DNA of 64,000 bases from an uncultured Candidatus Rokubacteria bacterium (GTDB lineage: Bacteria > Methylomirabilota > Methylomirabilia > Rokubacteriales > DASRDR01). This document shows, piece after piece, positions 49,265 to 59,115 of this stretch. The stretch is from contig CAWGVS010000005.1 in assembly GCA_963826115.1 (NCBI GenBank), positions 1,920,001-1,984,000 on the forward strand, in the 5' to 3' direction. Position numbers and translations under genes: made by a program. The first letter of the stretch is position 1. Every line of letters begins with the position of its first letter. The notes under the pieces are model-generated. The model was not told where the DNA came from. It saw only the letters and a program-made list of their open reading frames with translations, and searched no databases.

Positions 49265-50041
49265 GTGAAGCTTCCGGACCGGGTCGCCCTCGTCACCGGC
49301 GGCGGCCGGGGCATCGGTCGGGCGATCGCGCTCGCGTTCGCCCGGGAGGGCGCGCACGTCGCGGTGACCGCGCGCACCGTCGCCGAGCTCAACGCCGTCG
49401 CGGCGGAGGTGCGGGCGCTCGGACGCGAGGCGCTGGTGGTGGCCTGCGACGTCGCCGAGCGGGCCCAGGTCGACGACGCCGTGCGGCGGGTCGTGGACGG
49501 GCTCGGTCCGGTCGAGATCCTCGTGAACAACGCGGGCATCGCGGTCTCCGCGAAGCTCCTCGACACCGACGATGCGCTCTGGGAGCGTCACCTCCGCGTG
49601 AACCTGACGGGCGCGTTCCTCATGACCCGCGCCGTCCTCCCGGGCATGCTCGCGGCGAGCTGGGGCCGCGTCGTCAACGTCGCCTCGGTCGCGGGCCGCC
49701 AGGGCTACCCGTACGTCGCCGCCTACACGGCGTCCAAGCACGGCCTGATCGGGCTGACTCGCGCCGTCGCCCAGGAGGTCGTGACGTCGGGCGTGACCGT
49801 GAACGCGATCTGCCCCGGGTACGTGGCGACCGATCTCACGTGGGGCGCCGCGCGGAACATCCAGGAGCGCACGGGGCGGACGTACGACGAGGCGGTCCGC
49901 TCGCTCGCCGCCTACTCGCCGCAGCGGCGGCTCATCGAGCCCGAGGAGGTCGCGGCGCTGGCGGTGCTCCTCGCGAGCGACGACGCCCGCGGCGTCACCG
50001 CCCAGGCCTGGAACGTCGACGGCGGCGCGGTGCAGGCCTGA
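49265..50041 (+). CDS. SDR family dehydrogenase (3-hydroxyacyl-CoA dehydrogenase-like, AbmB-type)
   Basis: TGGGRGIG, NNAG, YVAAYTASKHG, NAICPGY. Confidence 0.88.
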   Translation: MKLPDRVALVTGGGRGIGRAIALAFAREGAHVAVTARTVAELNAVAAEVRALGREALVVACDVAERAQVDDAVRRVVDGLGPVEILVNNAGIAVSAKLLDTDDALWERHLRVNLTGAFLMTRAVLPGMLAASWGRVVNVASVAGRQGYPYVAAYTASKHGLIGLTRAVAQEVVTSGVTVNAICPGYVATDLTWGAARNIQERTGRTYDEAVRSLAAYSPQRRLIEPEEVAALAVLLASDDARGVTAQAWNVDGGAVQA

Positions 50042-50049
50042 GGCGGAGA

Positions 50050-50847
50050 ATGAGCGCGTACCGCAGCTTCGACTACCGGATCGAGGACGGCGTGGGAACG
50101 GTGACCTTCGCCCGTCCCGACACGCTGAACTCCCTCACCTTCGAGGTCTACGCGGAGCTCGAGCGGCTGGCGCTCGAGTGCCAGACCGACCCGGCCGTCC
50201 GCGTGCTCGTCCTCACCGGCACCGGCAAGGGCTTCTGCTCGGGCGGCGACGTCCACGAGATCATCGGCGAGCTCTTCAAGCGGGACGTGAAGGGCATGCT
50301 CGAGTTCACCCGGATGACGGGCGCCGTCGTCCGGAACCTCCGGCTCCTCGAGAAGCCGGTGATGGCGTCGGTCAACGGCATCGCCGCCGGGGCCGGCGCG
50401 GTGCTGGCGCTCGCGTCGGACTTTCGTATCCTCGCGGACACCGCCCGCTTCGCGTTCCTGTTCACGAAGGTCGGGCTCGCCGGCGCGGACATGGGCGCGG
50501 CGTTCCTCCTGCCGCGGGTGGTGGGCTTCGGGCGGGCGACGGAGCTGCTGATGCTGGGCGACACGATCGACGCCCCGACCGCCGAGCGCTACGGGCTGGC
50601 CAGCCGCGTGGTCACCGCCGACCGTCTCCCTGACGAGACCCGGGCCCTCGCCCGGCGCCTCGCCGACGGGCCCGGGCAGGCGCTCGGGATGACCAAGCGC
50701 ATGCTCAACAACGAGTGGGGCATGGACCTCGCGTCCGCCATCGAGGCGGAGGCCCAGGCCCAGGCGCTCCTGCTGATGGCGGAGGACCACAAGGAGTTCT
50801 ACCGGGCGTTCACGGAGAAGCGGCCGCCCCGCTTCACCGGGCGCTAG
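50050..50847 (+). CDS. Enoyl-CoA hydratase/isomerase family (AbmC-type)
   Basis: NSLTFEVYAEL, FCSGGDVHEIIG, FTKVGLAGADMGA. Confidence 0.9.
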   Translation: MSAYRSFDYRIEDGVGTVTFARPDTLNSLTFEVYAELERLALECQTDPAVRVLVLTGTGKGFCSGGDVHEIIGELFKRDVKGMLEFTRMTGAVVRNLRLLEKPVMASVNGIAAGAGAVLALASDFRILADTARFAFLFTKVGLAGADMGAAFLLPRVVGFGRATELLMLGDTIDAPTAERYGLASRVVTADRLPDETRALARRLADGPGQALGMTKRMLNNEWGMDLASAIEAEAQAQALLLMAEDHKEFYRAFTEKRPPRFTGR

Positions 50848-50925
50848 AGACGGAGACGCGCCGGGACCGACGGCCGGGGCCGCGCCGGCGCGCCGGCGAC
50901 GACGTCCGCCCGCAAGGAGGGAGCC

Positions 50926-51324
50926 GTGCCGAAGGTGATCGTCAACCCGCCCTGGCTGCCAAAGCCCTCGGGCTTCTCGCACGGGATCGAGGCGCAGGGG
51001 CGCACGCTCTTCGTCGCGGGCCAGACGGCCCTGGACGCCGACGGCCGGATCGAGCCGGTCGGGGACCTCGTCGGGCAGTTCCGCCACGCGCTCGCCAACG
51101 TGGGCGCCGTCGTGGGCGCGCGCGGCGGGACGCTCCGGGACCTCGTGAAGGTGACGTTCTACGTGGTCGACAAGCGGGAGTACCGCGCGAAGGCCTCGGA
51201 GATCGGACGCGTCTACCGTGAGATGATGGACGGCCACTGGCCGGCGACGACGCTCGTGGAAGTCCGGGCCCTCTGGGACGACGAGGCCCTGATCGAGATC
51301 GACGCGATCGCGGTACTGGGATAG
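50926..51324 (+). CDS. RidA/YjgF/YER057c family protein
   Basis: KPSGFSHG, LFVAGQ, PATTLVEV..L, IEIDAIA. Confidence 0.9.
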   Translation: MPKVIVNPPWLPKPSGFSHGIEAQGRTLFVAGQTALDADGRIEPVGDLVGQFRHALANVGAVVGARGGTLRDLVKVTFYVVDKREYRAKASEIGRVYREMMDGHWPATTLVEVRALWDDEALIEIDAIAVLG

Positions 51325-51333
51325 GAGGCGGCG

Positions 51334-51834
51334 ATGCAGGTCGGCCCCGTGTACCACACCGGGTTCACCGTGAGCGACATCGAGCGCTCGCTGGTCTTCT
51401 ACCGCGACATCCTCGGGCTCGCGCTCGTCAAACGCCAGACCGGCACCGCGCAGTACCTTGGGACCATCACGGGCTTCGAGGGCGTGGTCCTCGAGACGGC
51501 GTATCTCCAGCCCGCGGCCGGCGGCAGCATGCTGGAGCTCTTGCAGTACGCGTCGCATCCGGCGCCGCCCACCGACCGCGCGACGAACCGCCCGGGCAAC
51601 GGCCACCTGTGCTTCAAGGTGGACGACGTGCGGAGCGCCTGCGAGGAGCTGAAGCGCCGCGGCGTGACGCTGATCTCGGAGGCGACCGAGATCACCGCGG
51701 GCCAGCACGCCGGCGGCTGGGGCGTCTACGTCCGCGACCCCGACGGCTTCACGGTGGAGCTCTACCAGGGCCCGCCGGCGACCGCCGGGCGCGCGGCGGC
51801 GGCCGCGCCGGGCGCGGCGCACCGCGGATCGTGA
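51334..51834 (+). CDS. VOC/glyoxalase family protein
   Basis: HTGFTVSD.ERS..FY, LELLQY, HLCF.VDD, YVRDPDG..VEL. Confidence 0.88.
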   Translation: MQVGPVYHTGFTVSDIERSLVFYRDILGLALVKRQTGTAQYLGTITGFEGVVLETAYLQPAAGGSMLELLQYASHPAPPTDRATNRPGNGHLCFKVDDVRSACEELKRRGVTLISEATEITAGQHAGGWGVYVRDPDGFTVELYQGPPATAGRAAAAAPGAAHRGS

Positions 51835-52337
51835 GCGGGAACGGCCCGGCGCCGCTGGCCAAGCGGGTCGTCGGCGCGGTCGCCTGGCGCCTGTTCGTCA
51901 GCACGGCCTACACGACCGGGCTCACACTCCTGATCCCGTTCGTCGCCTTGCGGGTCAAGCCGCCCGAGCTCGAGCTCGGCCCGATCGCGACGTCGCCGGG
52001 GCTCCTGTGGCTCGCGATCGGGCTGATGGTCGCCGCGCTCGTCGTCCGGGTCTGGGCGACGGGCTCGCTGGGCGAGTCGCTCAAGGCGCTGGGCATGCTG
52101 ACCTTCCTGCCGGGCTTCATCGGGATCGTCGCCGCGCTCTTCGGCCGCGAGTGGCTCCTCGGCCGGTTCGCCGAGACGGTGCCGCGCTTCCAGGAGGTGC
52201 GCCCCGCGATCGAGCTCTACTTCGACCGCGCCGTGCCTCAGGTCGTCTACCTGACGGTGGGCTTCTTCGTGGCCGGCGTGCTCCTGATCACCCTCGGGAG
52301 CCGGCTGGCGCCCGAGCGGCGGTCCGCCGGGTCCTGA
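51831..52337 (+). CDS. Hypothetical membrane protein (~4 TM)
   Basis: Hydrophobic helices, GC3-rich codons, GTGA overlap with the VOC gene. Confidence 0.7.
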   Translation: MSGNGPAPLAKRVVGAVAWRLFVSTAYTTGLTLLIPFVALRVKPPELELGPIATSPGLLWLAIGLMVAALVVRVWATGSLGESLKALGMLTFLPGFIGIVAALFGREWLLGRFAETVPRFQEVRPAIELYFDRAVPQVVYLTVGFFVAGVLLITLGSRLAPERRSAGS

Positions 52338-52341
52338 CGCG

Positions 52342-52602
52342 TCAGCGGCCGCGCTGGTACCAGAGCAGGATCAGCAGCAGCGGCACATAGAGCGCGAGCA
52401 CGCCCTGCAGCGTGAGAACCGGCCCTTCCGCCCCGCTCGAGACCAGGATCCCCCGCACCGGCGGCGCCAGCGCCCAGAGAGGATCGCCGAGAGCGTCGTT
52501 CAGGACCTTGCCGAGCAGGCCGATCGCGGCGCCGGGCAGGAGGAACGGCAGCAGCGAGGCGACGAAACACACCAGGGCGACGACCATGACGAGGAGTGCC
52601 AT
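52342..52602 (-). CDS. Small hypothetical membrane protein
   Basis: GGAGG RBS before MALLVMVVALVCF; two hydrophobic segments. Confidence 0.65.
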   Translation of the reverse strand: MALLVMVVALVCFVASLLPFLLPGAAIGLLGKVLNDALGDPLWALAPPVRGILVSSGAEGPVLTLQGVLALYVPLLLILLWYQRGR

Positions 52603-52757
52603 GGGAACCTCCAATCCGCGCCTATCGTCCGCCCGTCCGTCCGACGATGTCAACGAATCGGGCCGACCGCACGGTGGCCTTCCCCGGGGCCCCCGGACCC
52701 GGGCAGGCTCGCTCACCCCCTGAGCGCCCCGGAGCGGACCACAGGCGCCGGCCGGCG

Positions 52758-53381
52758 ATGACCGGGGAGCCGACCGTCAGCGACCCGGCCTTCTGGCAGG
52801 ATCTCTACCATCGGAAGCGCGACGGCTGGGATCTCGGGCGACCGAGCCCGGTGCTCGGCGCCCACCTGGCACGGCGACCGCTGCCGCCGGGGACCGTCGC
52901 CGTCCCGGGCTGCGGCCGCGGGCACGACGCGAGGTTCCTGGCGCGCCGCGGCCATCGGGTCTTCGGCTTCGACTTCGTGCCCGAGGCGCTCGGCGCGGCG
53001 CGCGAGCTCGCGGAGTGCGAGCGGGTGGCGGTGACCTTCGAGGAGCGCGACGTGTTCGGGCTCGCCGCGGCGTACCCGCGCTTCTTCGACGCGGTCTGGG
53101 AGTACACCTGCTACTGCGCGGTCGACCCGGCGCGCCGCCCGGAGTACCTCGAGACGCTGGCGGCCATCCTCAAGCCCGGCGGCTGGCTTCTCGCCTGCTT
53201 CTTCCCGACCGGGGAGAAGCCGGGAGGGCCGCCGTTCGCGGTGAGCAAGACCGAGGCGCGGGACCTCATGGCGCCTCGCTTCGAGCTGGTCGAGGACTAC
53301 GTCCCGTTCGCGTCGCCCGAGGCACGCCGTGGCCACGAGTGGGTGGTGCTGGCGCGACTCCGGGAGCGGGCCTCCGACTAG
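52758..53381 (+). CDS. Thiopurine/thiol-halide S-methyltransferase family (TPMT-like)
   Basis: FWQ..Y...WDLG, VAVPGCGRGHD, EYTCYCAV.P, GGPPF. Confidence 0.85.
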   Translation: MTGEPTVSDPAFWQDLYHRKRDGWDLGRPSPVLGAHLARRPLPPGTVAVPGCGRGHDARFLARRGHRVFGFDFVPEALGAARELAECERVAVTFEERDVFGLAAAYPRFFDAVWEYTCYCAVDPARRPEYLETLAAILKPGGWLLACFFPTGEKPGGPPFAVSKTEARDLMAPRFELVEDYVPFASPEARRGHEWVVLARLRERASD

Positions 53382-53510
53382 CGCCCCGCCTCGAGGCGGA
53401 AAGCGCCGGCATCGATCCGCGGGCGCGCGCGGGTGGCGCCAGGTGCGCCCCCGGGCTACCATGCCTCCGGCCGACGGCCCGCTGGCGTTGCTCACCTACG
53501 GAGGAGATCC

Positions 53511-53798
53511 ATGGCCGCGTACGTCATCGCCGACATCGAGATCACCGATCCGGCCGGCTACGAGGAGTACCGGCGGAGAGTCCCGGAGACCATCGCGCAG
53601 TACGGAGGGCGCTACGTCGTGCGCGGCGGGAACGTGGAGACCCTCGAGGGAGACTGGCAGCCGCGGAGGCTCGTCGTCCTCGAGTTCCCGACTCTCGCCC
53701 AGGCGCGCCGCTGGTACGACTCGCCCGAGTACCGGGAGCCCCGCGCGATCCGCCAGCGCTGCTCGCGGGGCCACGCCATCCTCGTCGAGGGCGCGTGA
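53511..53798 (+). CDS. DUF1330 family protein
   Basis: AYVI..I.DP..Y.EY, YGGRY.VRGG..LEG, EFP..A..WY.S.EY. Confidence 0.9.
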   Translation: MAAYVIADIEITDPAGYEEYRRRVPETIAQYGGRYVVRGGNVETLEGDWQPRRLVVLEFPTLAQARRWYDSPEYREPRAIRQRCSRGHAILVEGA

Positions 53799-53799
53799 G

Positions 53800-54534
53800 A
53801 TGGCCGCGGGGCGGAACGTCTCCGTCCGACACGACGGGCCGATCGCGACCGTCACCCTCGACCGCCCCGAGTTCCGGAACTCGCTGAGCGATGCCATGCT
53901 CGGCGAGCTGATCGAAGCGTTCACGGCCCTGCGCGACAACGTCACGTCGCGGGTCGTGATCGTCACCGGGGCGCCGCCGGTCTTCTCGGCCGGCGCGCAC
54001 TACCCGGCCGGCCGCGGGATGTCGGCGGAGGAGCGGCGGAAGGTCTTCCTCTCGACGCCGAACCAGTTCCGGCGCCTCTTCGAGCGGGTCACCACGCTCC
54101 TCGAGAACCTCGAGCAGACGACGATCGCGATGGTGAACGGCCACGCGATCGGCGGCGGCTTCGGCCTGACGCTCGCCTGCGACTTCCGCTGGGCGGCGGC
54201 GGAAACCCTGCTCAGCATTCCCGAGGTCGACCTCGGCGTACCGCTCGGCGTGGCGTCGACCACCCGCTTCGTGCGCCTGGTGGGGCCCGCCCGCGCGAAG
54301 GAGATCATCATGGAGTGCCGCCGCTACACGGCGGCCGAGTGCCACGCGATGGGCCTCGTCCACCGCGTGGTGCCGGGCGAGCAGCTGACCGCGGCGGTCC
54401 AGGAGTACGCCGGACGCCTGGCGGCCAAGCCGTTCGCCCCGATGGCGCAGGTGAAGGCCCGGATCAACGCCATCGCCCGAACCGGCATCCCCGAGGTCAA
54501 CGCGATGACCGAGGGCTTTCTCGCGCGCGAGTGA
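53800..54534 (+). CDS. Enoyl-CoA hydratase/isomerase family protein
   Basis: LDRPE.RN, FSAGA, VNGHAIGGG..L.LACD, PEVDLG. Confidence 0.88.
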   Translation: MAAGRNVSVRHDGPIATVTLDRPEFRNSLSDAMLGELIEAFTALRDNVTSRVVIVTGAPPVFSAGAHYPAGRGMSAEERRKVFLSTPNQFRRLFERVTTLLENLEQTTIAMVNGHAIGGGFGLTLACDFRWAAAETLLSIPEVDLGVPLGVASTTRFVRLVGPARAKEIIMECRRYTAAECHAMGLVHRVVPGEQLTAAVQEYAGRLAAKPFAPMAQVKARINAIARTGIPEVNAMTEGFLARE

Positions 54535-54538
54535 CGGC

Positions 54539-55789
54539 ATGACCGGGCCGGCCGGCGGTCCGCCTTCGCCCGCCATGCTCGCGGGCATCCGCGTCCTCGA
54601 CCTCTCGCGGGTCATCGCCGGCCCGTACTGCACGATGCTGCTCGCCGACCTCGGCGCCGACGTGATCAAGATCGAGCGCCCGGACCGCGGTGACGACCTC
54701 CGAGAGTGGCGGGGGCGGACGGGCCGCGGAGGGATGAGCGCGGTCTTCGCCGCCGTCAACCGGAACAAGCGGGCGATCGCGCTCGACCTCCAGCACCCGG
54801 AGGGCGCGCGGCTGCTCCGCGACCTGGCCGTCCGCTCCGACGTCCTCGTCGAGAACTTCGTCCCCGGGGTCGCCGACCGGCTCGGGATCGGCTACGGGGC
54901 CGTGCGCGTCGCGAATCCCGCCATCGTCTACGTCTCCGTGAGCGGGTTCGGCCAGACGGGACCGTACGCCCAGCGCCCGGGCTACAACACCATCGCCCAG
55001 GGCATGGGCGGGCTCATGGGCGTCACCGGCATGCCCGGCGATCCGCCCACCCGTGCCGGAGGCTCGATCTCCGACGTGGCGGCGGCCTACCTCGCGTTCG
55101 GCGCCATCAGCGCGGCCCTCGTTCACCGCCTCAGGACCGGAGAAGGCCAGCACCTCGACGTGAACCTGCTGGGCGCGACGCTGGGCCTCCTGCCGGACCC
55201 CGTCGCCCACCTGTTCGATTCCGGGAAGCGGCCCGCCCGCGTCGGGAACCGGAACCCCACGCTCACTCCCGCGGAGGCCTTCCGGACGAAGGACGGGTGG
55301 CTGAACATCGTTCTGATGAACCCCGCGCAGTGGGACCGGTTCTGCCGGGTGCTGGGGGACGAGGTCCTCCGAACCGAGCCGCGCTTCGCCACGAACCTCG
55401 GCCGCCTCGAGAATCACGCCGAGATGAAGGCACGGGTGGAGACGGCGCTCGCCGGCGCGACGACCGCCGAGTGGGTCCCCCGCTTCGAGGAGGCCTCGAT
55501 CGCGGGCGGCCCGATCTACGAGCTCGACGAGGTCTTCGACGACCCGCAGGTCCGGCACCTCGAGCTCCTGGCGGAGATCGAGCAGCCGACGTACGAGGGC
55601 CACGGAGGGCGCGCGCGGATGCTGGGGTTTCCCTTCCGGGCGTCGGCGACGCCGGCGTCGATCCGTCGCCCCGCCCCGCTCCTCGGCGAGCACACGGCCG
55701 AGGTGCTGCGCGAGGTGCTGGATCTCTCCGCGGCGGAGGTCGCGCGTCTGAAGGAGGCCGGCGCGATCGGCCTCGGGCCCGCGCGCTGA
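54539..55789 (+). CDS. Family III CoA-transferase (CaiB/BaiF)
   Basis: LAGIRVLDLSRVIAGP, DLGADVIKIE, NRNKR, ENF.PG, APLLGEHT. Confidence 0.92.
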   Translation: MTGPAGGPPSPAMLAGIRVLDLSRVIAGPYCTMLLADLGADVIKIERPDRGDDLREWRGRTGRGGMSAVFAAVNRNKRAIALDLQHPEGARLLRDLAVRSDVLVENFVPGVADRLGIGYGAVRVANPAIVYVSVSGFGQTGPYAQRPGYNTIAQGMGGLMGVTGMPGDPPTRAGGSISDVAAAYLAFGAISAALVHRLRTGEGQHLDVNLLGATLGLLPDPVAHLFDSGKRPARVGNRNPTLTPAEAFRTKDGWLNIVLMNPAQWDRFCRVLGDEVLRTEPRFATNLGRLENHAEMKARVETALAGATTAEWVPRFEEASIAGGPIYELDEVFDDPQVRHLELLAEIEQPTYEGHGGRARMLGFPFRASATPASIRRPAPLLGEHTAEVLREVLDLSAAEVARLKEAGAIGLGPAR

Positions 55790-55798
55790 GACACCCGC

Positions 55799-56587
55799 TC
55801 AGCCGTCGGGGCGGACCGCGACGAACAGATGGCGCGTCAGGCTGAAGAAGTACTCGCCGCCCGCGGCCCGCGCCAGGAGGTCGGTCTTCCAAGCGTCCGC
55901 CTCCTCGCGGGAGAGGCCGTGGCGCACCGCGAGGTCGGCCGTCGAGGCGATCTGCCCCCCGCTGAAGGTCTCCGGCCCTCCCGTGAGCTCGAGCAGCGGG
56001 ATCGCCTCGGCGTGACGGAGCGCGAGACCCGCCCCCCGCAGGAGGCCGGGGAGGCGCGGCGGCAGGTGCGGCTGGACGAAGTACCCGCCGCGCGCCTCCA
56101 TCACCCGCCGGTGCCGGTCGCGGTCGGCGGTGTGCCAGACGCACGAGTCCCAGTCGGTGTCGACCACCGCCAGGCGGCCACCGGGGCGGAGCACGCGCGC
56201 CGCTTCCGCCAGCGCGCCCTCGATGTCGCGGACGTACAGGTAGACCTGGACCGCGGTGACGAAGTCGAAGCGCCCGTCGGCGAACGGGAGCCGGGTGGCG
56301 TCGCCCTGTTGCACCTCCACGCCGTCCTCGAGACCTTCGCGGACAATGCGAGCCCGGGCCGCCTCCAGCATCTCCGGGCTCTCGTCGAGGCCGACGATGC
56401 CGCCCGCCGGGCCCACCTCGCGACCGAGCTCGCAGGCGAGGAAGGCGGGCCCGCAGCCGATGTCGAGGCCACGCTCGCCGGCGCGCGCCCCGAGCACCGC
56501 GCGGGTGCGCGCCCGCTGGCCCGCGATCGCGGGCGACGCGTAGACGGTCTCGAGACGCGCCGCTTCGCGCGCGCCGAACCTCGCCAT
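55799..56587 (-). CDS. Class I SAM-dependent methyltransferase
   Basis: LDIGCGP, GDATRLPF, RVLRPGG, DTDWD; GGAGG RBS. Confidence 0.87.
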   Translation of the reverse strand: MARFGAREAARLETVYASPAIAGQRARTRAVLGARAGERGLDIGCGPAFLACELGREVGPAGGIVGLDESPEMLEAARARIVREGLEDGVEVQQGDATRLPFADGRFDFVTAVQVYLYVRDIEGALAEAARVLRPGGRLAVVDTDWDSCVWHTADRDRHRRVMEARGGYFVQPHLPPRLPGLLRGAGLALRHAEAIPLLELTGGPETFSGGQIASTADLAVRHGLSREEADAWKTDLLARAAGGEYFFSLTRHLFVAVRPDG

Positions 56588-56797
56588 CCGACACCTCCAG
56601 GTAAGGGCTCGCAGACCGGGCGCCCTCACCGCCGGCCCGGCGCCGGCGCGGCGCGCCGGGGCCCATCGTACCGCGGGCCGAGTCCGCATCGGGCGCCGGC
56701 CGTGTCGAGCACGTTCCCACCGGGTTGTTCCCCGCGGAGCAGTTGAGCTACCATTACGCCGCGCGGTTGTCTGGCTCCGCACACAGGAGGGCCGTGG

Positions 56798-58435
56798 GTG
56801 GCCGTCGCGATCGAGGAAGGGCTCCCGCCGAAGACGCTCTGGCCGGAGCGAGTGTACACGCTCCCCGAAACACGCTATCCGGTCCGGCTCAACGTCGCGA
56901 CGGCGCTACTCGACGCCAACGCGGACGGCGGCCGCGCCGGCCGCCCTGCCATCTACTCGCAAGACCGGGTCCTCACGTACGGCGACCTCCAGAAGCAGGT
57001 CAACCGGCTGGCCAACGGCCTCCGCGCGGCCGGGATCGACCGGGGCGACCGCGTCCTCCTCCGGATGCCCAACTGCCCGGAATTCATCGTCACGTGGCTC
57101 GCCTGCCAGAAGCTCGGCATCGTCACGGTGTCGACGATGCCATTGCTCCGAGCCCGCGAGCTCGCGTACATCGCGCAGGACGCCGGAACCCGCGTGGCGG
57201 TGGTCTCGAGTGCGCTCCGGGAGGAGCTCGACCGCGCCCGCCCGACCGCACCCGCGCTGGAGCAGCTGATCGTCGTGGGGGGCGGGGCGCGGCCCGGCGA
57301 GACCGCGTGGGAAAGCCTGCTGGACGGCCAGCCGGAGCGCTTCCCGACGGCCGATACCCGGGCCGACGACGTGGCGATGATCGCGTACACCTCCGGCTCG
57401 ACCGGCGTGCCCAAGGGCTGCGTGCACCAGCACAGCGACATCCTCGGGTCGGCCGACTCCTACGCGCGGCACGTTCTCCGGCCCACCGAGGAGGACCGCT
57501 TCGGCGGCCACCCGACGCTGGCCTTCACGTTCGGGACCGGAGGGCTCCTCGTCTTCCCGTTCCGGTTCGGCGCGGCAACCGTCCTGTCGGGTCCCTTCGA
57601 GGCGCAGCGGATGCTCGAGGTCTTCCAGCGAGAGCGGGTGACCGTGGCGTTCTGCGCGTCCACCTCGTACCGCCTCATGCTGGGGGTTCCGGACATGTCG
57701 GCGCGGTTCGACCTCGGGAGCCTCCGGCTCTGCGTCTCGGCCGCCGAGCCCCTGCCCGCCGCCACCTACGAGGCCTGGGTCCGCGTCACCGGCAAGGAGT
57801 GCCTCGACGGGATCGGCTCGACCGAGATGTTCCACATCTTCGTGTCGTCCGAGCCCGGGCGGGTCCGGCCGGGCGCGACCGGCGTGCCGGTTCCCGGCTA
57901 CGACTGCCGCGTCGTCGACGAGCAAGGGTGCGAGGTCCCGCGCGGCACGCCCGGGCTGATCGCGATCAAGGGCCCGACCGGCTGCAAGTACTGGCGGAAG
58001 CCGGATCGGCAGGCCGAGTACGTGCGGTACGGCGGGTGGAACGTCACCGGCGACGTCTACGTCCACGACGACGACGGCTACTTCACGTACCAGTGCCGGT
58101 CCGACGACATGATCGTGACGGGTGGCTACAAGATCCCCGGGCCGGAGGTCGAGCACGTGCTGGACGAGCACCCCGCCGTCGCCGAGTCGGCGGTGGTGGC
58201 GGCGCCGGACACGGTGCGCGGCTCCGTGCCGAAGGCGTTCGTGGTGCTCCACGCCGGGTACCGCGGCACCGACGAGCTCGCCCGGGAGCTCCAGGACCAC
58301 GTCAAGAAGGAGCTCGCTCCCTACAAGTATCCCCGCGAGATTGCGTTCGTCTCGGCACTGCCGCACACGGAGACGGGCAAGCTCCGGCGGGTCGAGCTCC
58401 GGCAACAGGAGGCCGGGCGGGCAGCACCGCGCTGA
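56798..58435 (+). CDS. abmG: Aromatic acid-CoA ligase (2-aminobenzoate/benzoate-CoA ligase family)
   Basis: YTSGSTGVPKG, LAFTFG.GG, DGIGSTEMFHIF, GPTGCKY, WNVTGD, PYKYPR. Confidence 0.85.
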   Translation: MAVAIEEGLPPKTLWPERVYTLPETRYPVRLNVATALLDANADGGRAGRPAIYSQDRVLTYGDLQKQVNRLANGLRAAGIDRGDRVLLRMPNCPEFIVTWLACQKLGIVTVSTMPLLRARELAYIAQDAGTRVAVVSSALREELDRARPTAPALEQLIVVGGGARPGETAWESLLDGQPERFPTADTRADDVAMIAYTSGSTGVPKGCVHQHSDILGSADSYARHVLRPTEEDRFGGHPTLAFTFGTGGLLVFPFRFGAATVLSGPFEAQRMLEVFQRERVTVAFCASTSYRLMLGVPDMSARFDLGSLRLCVSAAEPLPAATYEAWVRVTGKECLDGIGSTEMFHIFVSSEPGRVRPGATGVPVPGYDCRVVDEQGCEVPRGTPGLIAIKGPTGCKYWRKPDRQAEYVRYGGWNVTGDVYVHDDDGYFTYQCRSDDMIVTGGYKIPGPEVEHVLDEHPAVAESAVVAAPDTVRGSVPKAFVVLHAGYRGTDELARELQDHVKKELAPYKYPREIAFVSALPHTETGKLRRVELRQQEAGRAAPR

Positions 58436-58523
58436 CCCGACCGTTTCCAGGGCGCGGGCCCCGCCCGCAACTCACCGGCAGGACTTCCAGGTAGCGGGCC
58501 TCACGGCCCGGAAAGGAGGCGTG

Positions 58524-58805
58524 ATGGACGGCAAGAAGGTGACGATCGTCGCCATCGTGGCGATCCTCATCGGGCTTCTGGTCGGATACCTCATGTGGGG
58601 CGCCCACATGAAGACGCTCAACGCCGAGCTGGATCAGGTGAAGTCGCGTCTGGCCGAGGCGCAGAAGGCCGCGTCGAAAGAGAAGGAACTCTCGGAGAAG
58701 CTCACCGCGATGGAGGCCCAGCTGAAGCAGCTCACGGACGACCTGGCCAAGGAGAAGGCGCGGCGCGAGCAGATGCAGGCGCAGCTGTCCAAGGGGAAGA
58801 AGTGA
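58524..58805 (+). CDS. Small membrane-anchored coiled-coil protein
   Basis: AAAGGAGG RBS; N-terminal TM ending GY.MWG; heptad-rich tail. Confidence 0.8.
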   Translation: MDGKKVTIVAIVAILIGLLVGYLMWGAHMKTLNAELDQVKSRLAEAQKAASKEKELSEKLTAMEAQLKQLTDDLAKEKARREQMQAQLSKGKK

Positions 58806-58839
58806 GGCGGGAACGCACGGGGCACGAACGGGAGGTGCC

Positions 58840-59115
58840 ATGCAAGCCGTCGTGATCGCAATCATCGCAGCCGTCATCGGACTGGGCATCGGCTACGCCA
58901 CGTGGGGGTCGCAGTCGTCGCAGGCCGAGAAGGACCTCGCGGCGGCCAAGGGCCAGCTGGACGAAGCCCGGAAATCCTCCGAGCGGGAGGGCCAGCTGGC
59001 GACCAAGATCCAGGCGACCGAGACCAAGCTCAAGGAGACCCAGGAAGCCCTGAAGACCGAGACCGAGCAGTCGAAGAAGCTCGAGGGCGTCCTGGCGAAG
59101 AAAAAGAAGAAGTAG
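58840..59115 (+). CDS. Small membrane-anchored coiled-coil protein (paralog of the preceding gene)
   Basis: GGAGG RBS; TM ending GYATWG; coiled coil; KKKKK C-terminus. Confidence 0.8.
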   Translation: MQAVVIAIIAAVIGLGIGYATWGSQSSQAEKDLAAAKGQLDEARKSSEREGQLATKIQATETKLKETQEALKTETEQSKKLEGVLAKKKKK

